64,000 nt of DNA from Octopus sinensis (lineage: Eukaryota): the NCBI RefSeq assembly GCF_006345805.1, contig NC_042999.1, positions 90,024,001 to 90,088,000 of the forward strand, given 5' to 3'. The notes under the pieces are model-generated. The model was not told the origin of the DNA and made no database searches. It saw nothing but the letters and a program-made list of their open reading frames with translations. The position numbers were made by a program, and so were the translations under genes. Every line of letters starts with the position of its first letter. Positions within the stretch are counted from its first letter, which is position 1. Positions 1 to 10,400 of this stretch are shown here, in pieces.

Positions 1-959
1 ACCTGGTTGCATGTGCAGTGTATAAATTTATTTAACAACTTGTTATACATACATACAAACATACTTATGCATATACACACATACAATCATCCATAGACTC
101 ATGCAGATAGATACATATTGTAGAATAAAGTAGATTATATAATAAATTATAATTAAAGGTTATGAAAATATATGTCCTTGTTTTGCAACAGAAAAAGTTA
201 GGGGAAATTGACAAAATGACACCATAATCTAGTATATTCAGTTTAAAAGTGTGCATACTAACTAGAAACATTTCCAAAAACAGAAAACCCAACCATTTGG
301 ATATAAAGATAGTTGATAAATGGAAGTAAAATTAAAATGGTATGAAAATAAAATAAAATTTGCAAGAATTTGTTAAGAACTGTTAGGTGATTGGAAAAAC
401 CACTTTAAATATAATGTATACTAGCTCATTACTTGTTGCTACACTGCTAGTAAAAATATTTACTAAACATGTAGTCTGTTTTTGTTTTGTCTATATGTTG
501 AAAGACATACAGAAACACACACAAATAACCAAATAAAAAGTAACTATATGTATTGTATATATGCATATAGTCTTTTTCTGAAGTCTGTGTTATGTTGACT
601 TGCACTTAATATTCCCTCATTTTTAATCAAAACTTGTTAGTCACTAAGGTGACAACATTACCTATTTATCTATCTTTCCAACACACGTATGCTCTCTCTC
701 TCAACAACTTTTTCTCCTCTCCTCCTTCCCTCTCTCTGCACTGATGTTGTTATGGACAGACAGATAGAGAACAGCTTCTCTTTATAATATAAGATTGCGG
801 TGCAAAAATGTGTATCACAAAGTCTGAAAAAGATGGGTTGTGAGGTCAGAAACACTATAAAGTGCCAGCAAAAACAAAGTTGTATAAAAGGAATCAGGTT
901 ATTTTAGAAGATAAATAACATTTGGGGAAACTTATATGGATATGGAATCAACAGAAATG

Positions 960-1990
960 AATTTAGTGTACCAAGGCTCAGTTCTCAGCCTACTCTTATT
1001 CATTATACTCCTCCAGGCCATAACAGAGGAATTAAAAACTGGATGCCCATGGAAACTGTTATATGCTAATGACCTTGCCCTTATTACAGAATCTTTAGGA
1101 GAATTGGAGAAGAAATTCCAGGTATGGAAGCAAAACATAGAATTAAAGTTAACCTAGCAAAGACCGAAGTTGTTGTTAGTAAGGAAGAAGTCCTTCTGTC
1201 AGGTAAATGGTCCTGCTCAATATATAGGAAAGGAGTTGGAAGAAATTCCACTCACTGCACCCAGTGTAAGCTATGGACACATAAGAGGTGCAGTGGAATC
1301 ACAAGTAGATTAACAGATAAAGTTGTCTTAGTATACAGCAGATGTGCAGGAACAATTAGTACTAAGAGCACACAAGACTTAGATTCTCTCAAATTCCCAG
1401 GAGGCTCTCTTGAGGTTGTAGATAGTTTCTGTTACCTAGGCAACCAAATTAACAATGATGGAGGAAGCTCTGAAAGTATTGTTTCTAGAATAAGAATAGG
1501 GTGGAGGTAATTCAGAGAGCTATTACCTCTGTTGGCAACAAAAGGACTCTCTCTTGGAGTGAAAGGTACACTATGATGCTTGTGTGTGAACAGCTATACT
1601 CCATGGTAGTGAGATATGGGCTCTGAATGCAAAAGGATTGTGTAGACTGGAGAGAAATGACAGCAGTATGCTCTGTTGGATGTGCAACATCAGTGTGCAT
1701 GTACGACAAAAGTTGGGTATAAGAGGTATCAAATGTAGCATGCAAGAGAGAAGACTACATTGGTTTAGATATGGGATGCATATGAATGAGGACAGCTGCA
1801 TAAAGAAGTGCCAATCACTGAAAGTGGATGGCACCTGCGGACGTGCGAGACCCAGGAAACATGGAATGAAGTGGTAAGGACCGATCTCGGGATTTTGGAC
1901 CTCATGAATGAAATGACAATGGACCGACATGTCTGGCAATATAAGGTTCTTGAGAAAACCTGCCCATGTCAGCGAAACTGAGTTCTAGAA
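960..1990 (+). mobile_element. Decayed RTE-clade LINE fragment (RT C-terminal half with Cys-rich insert)
   Basis: Frameshifted ORFs give QGSVLSLLLF, LLYANDL (YADD-like), VNLAKT, C-x2-C/H-x2-C (CTQCKLWTHKRC), FCYLG, RIRIGW and RRLHWF..GRARPRK, typical of RTE ORF2. Confidence 0.85.
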
Positions 1991-2505
1991 GCGCTATGTT
2001 TTCCACCCACATGTAACAAGAAAACTTTTCACACACCCTACCCCAACAAACCAAACTACATCTCTACATTTCTTCTCTTCCTCACATTTCCTCTTTCATG
2101 CATTATCCTTACCTCCCACTACCCAATCCTGTCCTCATGGCCCTGTTTCTCTGTATCATTGCTATCCAGTTGCCCCTACTACTCCATATGCCCAAGTTTT
2201 TCACCACTCATTCCATTCCCCTTCCCACTCTCTAATCATGCATCTTTGGCAATGTCCTGCCTCTTATATTATGACCTTTGAACCACAAGGGTATGCCCTG
2301 GCACTTGTCACCATCTATATCTCTCTCTTCTTTTACTCAACCATCCCATTTATATTTTGATCCATGTTCCTTGTGAGTATGCCTGGCACTTTGCCACCAT
2401 CTCTATCCCGCTTTCCCCCCTCTCTCTCCTGTTCTTCCCTCAGGCTGGATAACCATTGTATCACCTTGGCAGCAGTAACCCCACAGACCGACCATATCTA
2501 TCTTT

Positions 2506-3492
2506 AGCATAACTACAGATGTGTACCCCTACCCCGACTTTGTTGCCTCATAACTTCCAGAAAAATTGATACTTTTTAACGAAATTTTCAACAAATACCA
2601 CTTAGATGCAGTGGATTTAGAGTATATAGGAATTTATGTGAAAGAATTTTTCCGAGGAGGTGGGGAGATTTTTTTCCTTCATAGCTTTCAGGAAAATGGA
2701 TATCTTTTAATGACATTTTATACAAATACCACTCAAACTGCATAGATTAAGATTGGAGGCAGTGTGTGAGGTTGCAAATCAAATTTTTTCTTATAGCATA
2801 TAAATGTATTTATGGAGTGAAAAATATAGAAAAACATCAATACATTCGAGAGAAAGAAACGAAGAGGGTTGTCTTAGGATGTACTAGAAACAACAGCCAA
2901 ATCTCTCTGCAATCACTCACTTTTTCCACTGAAAATATTAACAATGTTTTTAATACTTTTTTACTGAAAAAGCCCCTCCCATGGTTTTGAAGGGAAAAAA
3001 AAATTTGGCCAAAATCGGTCCGGAGTGGGATGATGAGGCGGGGTAGGGAGGTAATACAAAAAATTTTTTTAACTTTTTTTTGTCATTTCGAAGGCTGTGG
3101 TTTTAAAAAAATAGGAAAAAATTCCCGTCAAAACGGAGTAGTTCCAACTTATATGGTCTTCCTGAACCGAAACTCCTCTCCCCAACTCCTCGGAAAAATT
3201 TCCCCACAAATTTCTGTATAATTGTAATCTATGTCGTTTGAAAGCCATTTGTATAAAATTTCATTGAAAGATATCCATTTTCCTGAAAGTTATGAGAGAA
3301 AAAAGTCGGAGCGTGTGAATTTTCCGAAACTCTTCTCCCTATCCCCTCGGAAAAATTCCTTCCAATAAATTCTATATACTCTGAATCCACAGCATTTAAG
3401 CGGTATTTGTTGAAAATTTCGTTAAAAAGTATCCATTTTTCTGGAAGTTATGAGACAAGAAAGTCAGTGAGGTACACATCTGTAGTTATGCT
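2506..3492. mobile_element. Non-autonomous DNA transposon / foldback MITE with ~155-bp TIRs
   Basis: Left end agcataactacagatgtgtacc... is the reverse complement of right end ...ggtacacatctgtagttatgct; similarity runs ~155 bp, with further subterminal repeats at ~2678-2705 and ~3269-3295. No transposase ORF. Confidence 0.8.
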
Positions 3493-3887
3493 CTATAACT
3501 TAGTGTGCTTCCCGTTATCAGTCTGCGGCACAGAGTTGCCCAATATTGTGCAACAACCCGCAGAAGACTATTATTGTAATTAGAGTTGTCTTCCCATTAC
3601 TCCTGCTTTGGCTTTACTGTGTGTACAATAGAACCATTTATATTAACATATAGAAGAAGATTAGTTTTATAGCCTAGTCAGTCACAACATTAGAATCATT
3701 TGCTATTGTTTTTCAGCCATGACCATCTCGAATATTGTATATATAGTTCTACATGATCCAGTGTGCCGTCCCTTTTCAGACTGTAGGATGGAATTTTAGA
3801 AAACGATTTCCCAGCCATTTCTACTGGTCGAAAACGAGAAAGTTTGAAGACTCAGTTTATATTTGCAGTTAAAGAAGCAACAGTGAA

Positions 3888-4201
3888 AGCGCGTGGATTC
3901 GCTTTTAGAGTATTCGGCTCACGAACGTAAGTCGTGAGTTCGATTCCCGGCGACACGTCGCGTCTTTGAGCAAGACTCTTTATTTCGTAATGTTCTCGTC
4001 CACTCAGTTTACAAAATTTAGTTGTGTCTGTAATTAAAAAGCCAGTTTAGTCACATACTTCGCCAAGCAGAATCTTGATAACTACGTTAATCGTACGCGT
4101 ATCTGTGGTATGTTCAACCACTTGCACGTTAATTTCACGAGCAGATTGTTCTGTTGATCAGATTAACTGGAATACTGGTCGTCGTAACCGACGGAGTGCC
4201 A
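3888..4201 (+). mobile_element. tRNA-derived SINE
   Basis: Degenerate A box, B box (gagttcgattccc), core-like segment (ctttgagcaagactcttt), CpG-rich tail ending ...accgacggagtgcca. Confidence 0.65.
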
Positions 4202-4204
4202 GTT

Positions 4205-4285
4205 GAGGCAACATCAACACAACTTGTGATTGGCTACTTCCGCTTTCAACACTGCAGCCTCTGTGCTCTATAACATCGTTTTAGG
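4205..4285 (+). promoter_or_regulatory. Candidate NFKBIL1 proximal promoter / 5' UTR
   Basis: Inverted CCAAT (attgg 4229-4233) and ETS-type acttccg (4236-4242) just upstream of the ATG; alternatively ttttag at 4284 is a splice acceptor. Confidence 0.3.
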
Positions 4286-4482
4286 ATGTCTTCATACGAT
4301 AGCTACCGACACGATTTGATGAATAAAGTTATTACCTATATTAAAGATAATCGTCCCAGTCGTGCGAAAGAATACATAAGGAAACATAAGCTCGGAAAAT
4401 ATCTGAAGAACGTGACAATCGCCAGTGGTGGAAACCTCCTTCATATGTGTTGTTCTTCCACCAATTCAAGACGTTTTCTCAG
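4286..4482 (+). CDS. NFKBIL1: NFKBIL1 coding exon 1
   Basis: ATG at 4286, MSSYDSYRHDLMNKV..GGNLLHMCC..RFL, donor AG|gtatgt. Confidence 0.8.
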
Positions 4483-7400
4483 GTATGTATATTTATATAT
4501 ACACACACACATACATATATATATAGCGTGTGTGTGTGTGAATTTTTAAAACGTTTTACAATCTCTTATCTAAAATGAAATTTTTTGCAAGTCATACAAC
4601 GAGCGTTTATTCAACTCAAAAGTTATATATTATACTATTTGTGTACAATACTACAATGATTTTAAAACTACATTTGGATAATCCTTCAAAAAAAAAGTTT
4701 AAGGTATATTTCTTATGACTTAACCACATTTGTAATTACCGATTCTTCACCATAGTTCGAGGGATTAGGCCGTTTGCTCCAAATTTTCCCATCAAGAACA
4801 CACTATTAAAAAACCCTCAAAGTCGCTTTAGGCAAAGTCTTAGCATCTACAATCACAAAACTGTATAAAGTGTCTACTACTAATGATCTTGAATGTACTT
4901 CAGTTCTCAGTTACGTCGCTAACACTTGCTTCTGTATATTAATAACAATTTTAAACTTTTAACCGTGACCTTCCTACGTAGATGAAACTATTCATTCCTT
5001 CTTAATCATCTGCACCAAGTAACCTAAATATATCATTCAAGATGTGTGTTGCTCCAGTGAACAAACCTCGGTACTAGTGGGATACAATGAGCCCGACAAT
5101 ATCCCCTGTGAATTCTTGATTGCTTTTAATCTAGTTTTTTTACAAAATTTATTATATTAGTTCATTTTATTGTGATATATGATAGAATTAATGGCGCTTC
5201 TTTAGAAACGCACCTCTCCAAGAAAATGGCACTTAATTGTAAAAAAGAGTTATGAAAATGGGAAATATATCCAAAATAAATGAGGTGTGCAAAAAATGAA
5301 GATTCATCTATTTTTAAATATTTTATACTAAAATATTAAAAAAAAGGTAAACGGACACTCGTAAACAAACATGTCGGACGATACAAGGGGAGGTAATTTA
5401 CTTTTACTACGTGGGGCCAAAAAGCCACTGAGTTATATGTTCTGTAATTTATTTCCTCTGTAAACTGAAAATAAAAATAGCAAAACTTGCATATGTCTTA
5501 AATATATTTATTGTATCATAATTATTTCTATCGTATATCACATCATAAAATGGGCGAAAGTAAACCCTAAAGCTAACATACTTCAGCCTCTATATGTTGC
5601 TCAGTTTGTCTATTAAAATCACATGAAGTTCTGTATTGTGGAAATAGTCTATAGAAGGGTCACTTAAATGCAATCCTATTTATCCGTTTGCTTTAACTGT
5701 GGTGCATATGCAGAAATAAATGTCAGTCATATTGTCCATGATTGGTTTGAATTTTATTATTCCATTACATATTCTGACTATCTCAGTTATCTTATAAGGC
5801 CTATTCAGATTTAAGGCGAAAAATATGTTTGCCCTTAGCAATGTGATCATTCTGCAGGCGAGCTGGCTGAATCGTTAGCACGCCGGGTGAAATGCGTAGC
5901 CGTATTTCGTCTGGCGTTACGTTCTGAGTCCAAATTCCGCCGAGGTCGACTTTGCCTTTCATCCTTTCGGGGTCGATAAATTAAGTACCAGTTACGCACT
6001 GGAGTCGATATAATCGACTTAATCCGTTTGCCCTCTCTGTGTGTAGTAAAGAAATAGGTATTTCGTCTGTCTTTACGTTCTGAGTTCAAATTCCGCCGAG
6101 GTCGACTTTGCCTTTCATACTTTCTGGGTCGATAAATTAAGTACCAGTTGCGTACTGGGATCGATCTAATCGACTGGCCACTCCCTCAAAATTTCAGGCT
6201 TTGTGCATAGAGTAGAAAAGGATATAAGGTATAATGTTAATCTGTAATGCGCATTTCTCTAAAATAGGATTACCTTGGAATTTGGTCTATTAATGATTGA
6301 GTAATGTTAATGATTTTATATTTTAAAACAGATATCTTTTACGTAAAGAAGTTGATCCCTTACAAACGGACTGTAATGGAAATTTACCTCATCACTATGC
6401 AGTGCACCAGCTCCTCTATATTGATGATCCACATGAAGCACAGTTTGGTAAGTAACAATTTCTGCAAAAATAATTATCAGCTTCACTTTCAAGGGAATAC
6501 AATCTGGTAACTTGTATCTTGCTTTCTCTAATTGTTTTAGGCACCTATGTAGTTGCAAGTAGAAATAGAAACCCTCTTGGCCTTCCCACCTTTAACCCAG
6601 CAGAATATAACAGCTGGAGAGAGAGCTGCACCAGCAGTTCGCTAGTACTCATTTTCAGCTGAGGCAAACAGCATGAAATGATGTGCCTTGCTCGGGAATT
6701 AAACCCACAACCTTATGACTGTGAGCTCAGCACCCTAACCACTAGGCCACATGTCTTCATAAAGAATAATTAACTATAATAACAATAGTAAAAGTCAACT
6801 AATTTAAGAATTAATTCATAACTTGTTATTAGAGTTAAGTGCTTAAAGAATTAGACTACCCACTCATGGGTTCTGTGTTCAAATCTGCTATTGCAGTTCA
6901 TTTTATGAGCCGTAAACTTTAGTGCTCCATTGCTTCGCATTGCTGTCAAGAAATGGATACCAGATCAATCTATGCAGTCTCATACCAGAGCTATCTTGGT
7001 CTACTACTTTGGTATCTGACCTAATTTCAAATACAAATTGTATGCTACCTAATGTGCAACAGTCTATTCCATCATCAGGAGGACATCTTCCTCAGCTACT
7101 AGGTAATCCCATCATTTTGTCATATTCTGCTTTTTTATATATGTTTTGACATTTAACTCACAATGATCTCAAGTGTTTGGCTGTAAATCCCTCTTCGTTG
7201 AGGCTTAATCCTACTGTCAGTCTTCACTATGTCCTATATTTTCCTAGGTCTCCTTTCACATTTAGTGATCAGCACTTCTTTATGTAACCATTTTCATCTA
7301 TATATATCACATGATCATACCAGTAGTCTTCTCTCTTGCATACTACATCTGATGGCTCTTATGCCCATTCTTTTTCTGTATACATTTGTATTTTGTCATA

Positions 7401-10400
7401 CATGAACACTGACATTGCACAGTCAGCAGATCATTCTTTCTTTATTTGTTTCTAAGTTTTTATTTGTCCTCTACTGTCATGGCCCACATTTCATTACCAG
7501 GCAGCATTGCTGTTTTTATGCATACAATCTGCCTTTCACTCTGAGAGGTAGGTCTTTTGTTACCAACAGAAGTAATAACTCTCAAAACTTTCTCCAGCTA
7601 GCTCTTCTAGCAACTACGCTTTCAGAACATCATCCTCCACTGTTAATCATCATCATTTAATGTCCATTTGCAATCCAGAGAGCTTCAGTCTGATTTGGCA
7701 TGGTTTCTATGGCTGGGTGCCCTTCCTAATGCCAACCGCTTTACAGAGTGTGCTGGGTGCTTTTACATGGCACCAGCACAGTAATTAACAAAAATTATCC
7801 ACCACCTCTAAGAGTCCTCCTGGGTATTTGAGAAAATCTATTTCTCTGTTAATCTCCTGTGATTATACTGCACCTGTTACGTGTCCACAGTTTGCATTGA
7901 GTACACCATTTAGAATTTCTACCTACACTTTTTCTACTTATTAAATGGAACCCTATTGAAGGTTTTCTCCAAATCAACAAATGCAAAGTACAGCAGTTTA
8001 CTTTAACTATAATGTAACTCCTATGGACAACTTTATCAATGTATACAGCGAGGTGTTAAATAGGATTCATGACTATATAATAGCCCATAGTATGACTTCT
8101 GATTGTACACTTGAAAAGTTGTACCAGTAATACATTTAAAACTATTTAAAATAACTTTACAATGTTTTATCCTCAATATCTTTAGTTTTATGTTACTAAA
8201 TACCTTTTCTTTATTCTACTTCAGTCTACCAAGATTTTGTTCAACCATTTCTGAATGCTTTCCCCGGTGGTTTGATACTTAAAAACAGGTTTGGAGAGTC
8301 AACAGAAGATTTGTTGTTACAATTTTTTCATTATCAAAATATTTATCAGGTAATTTTACTTTATTACACAAGTATTTCATTAATACTGAACAAAAGTCAG
8401 TCGGTTATATTGTGGGATATGTATGTGTTTCCAAAAAGAATTAAATAGCTACAACTGAAATTTGAAAATATACCATAACTTTGCTCATTAAGTTATTACA
8501 GCTATACAATCTATGGATCATCATCATTTTAACATCCACTTTTCTATGCTTGCATTGGTAGGACAGAATTTTATTTAGGCAAATTTTCTATGACCTGATG
8601 CCCCTCCTATCACCAACCCTTACCTTTTTCCAAGTAAAGTAATATTTTTGCCATTGCCAGACATGATCTTGCAGAATATTGCTGATTAATGATACTGCTT
8701 GTATGAAAGTGACAGTTAATTTACAGCTATCATTTGGTGTCAAGACAAGGAGACACACACACACATATGATGGGCTGCTTTTAGTTTGTGTCTACCGAGT
8801 CCATTCACAAGGCTTTGGTTGACCTGGGGCTACTGTAGAAGACATATACTCAAGGTGCCATACAGTGGGATTGAACCAGGAACCATATGATTAGAAAGCA
8901 AATTTCTAACTGCCCAACCATACCTGCAATTAGACTTTTTCACTTCTGAAATATTTGATGAAATGCTTTTGAGTATACTATATAATAAACTATAAGTATA
9001 TGGGTTACAAAAAAAACTGGAGAATATTTCCCCAAGAAATGAATCAAAAACATTAATTTTACTAAATGTTTGCAAAATTGTTTTTATTGAAATATTAAAA
9101 AGGAGTCTCAATGTTAAAAAGTTGAGAGCTACTGGTCTGCACTAATTTTCATCCAGATTATTGAAATGACCAGAGACCAAGACCTTTGGAAGTATGCTGT
9201 GCGTGGGAAGACCTGGCAGGACAAGTGAGACCATAACCCGTGGCCTCTACCTGGGACGTAGCCAGCCCACTTATGCATACCGTTCCTTCTTGTGACACAA
9301 ACCCTACTTGTGAAGACCTGTTGAGGCAAGTGAAAATCAAAATCGAAACCTTTCAACATCAATGGAAATTGTAGCTGAGATACCAGTGCCGGTGGCACGT
9401 AAGAGAACCGTCTGAACGTGGCTGTTGCCAGCACCGTCCCGACTGGCCTCCGTGCCGGTGGCACGTAAAAAGCACCATCCAATTGTGGCCGTTGCCAGCC
9501 TCGTCTGGCCCCTGTACCAGTGGTACATAAAAAGCACCATTAGATCGTGGCCGTTTGCCAGCCTCGTCTGGCACCTGTGCAGGTGGCACATAAAAAGCAC
9601 CCACTACACTCTCGGAGTGGTTGGCGTTAGGAAGGGCATCCAGCTGTAGAAACACTGCCAGATCAGACTGGGCCTGGCGCAGCCTCCTGGCTTCCTAGAC
9701 CCCAGCTGAACTGTCCAACCCATGCTAGCATGGAAAACATGTTAAACGATGATGATGATGGTAGGGTTGTGGTGTTACTGAATACACTGGAAGGATGAAC
9801 TGGCTGCTTTATGATGATCAAATATTTAAGTCCAAATTTCATTTGGTTCAATTTTTTTTGTTACCCTTCTAAATATGTACTACTAATATAAATAACCTTA
9901 AGTCATTTGACTACATCTTTATTACAAGTATGATCTGCTTTAGAAACTAATCTAAAAAAAGTTATTGTCTCTGATTGCTTTTTAGGTTTCATTCTGTTGC
10001 CTGTAGTTGCCAGGCACAGCATCTACACTAATATTTTTCATAAATTTTTATATCTGTATCATAAATATTTATAGCTGTATCATTATGTTGTTAACTGCCA
10101 AACTAACCAATTGATCCTTCTTTAGTCAGCAGATATCATAGATGAAAGTGAATATATAAATGAAGCACAAGCATGGAAGAATAAGCTAGAAGATATCTTT
10201 GAAGATGAATATGAAAGAAGTTGGGGAAGATACGAGAATGGTTTGTTTATTGTTAATACCTTTTTTTTTGTGTGTGTTCTTATTAGTGTTGAAGAAGGAG
10301 TTTTGTATTTGTTCCTTTATGAGTTGGCTGAATCTGTAAATCTCTTCCCCTTCACTTGTTTCAGTCATTAGACTGCAGCCATACTAGGGCACCATCCTAT

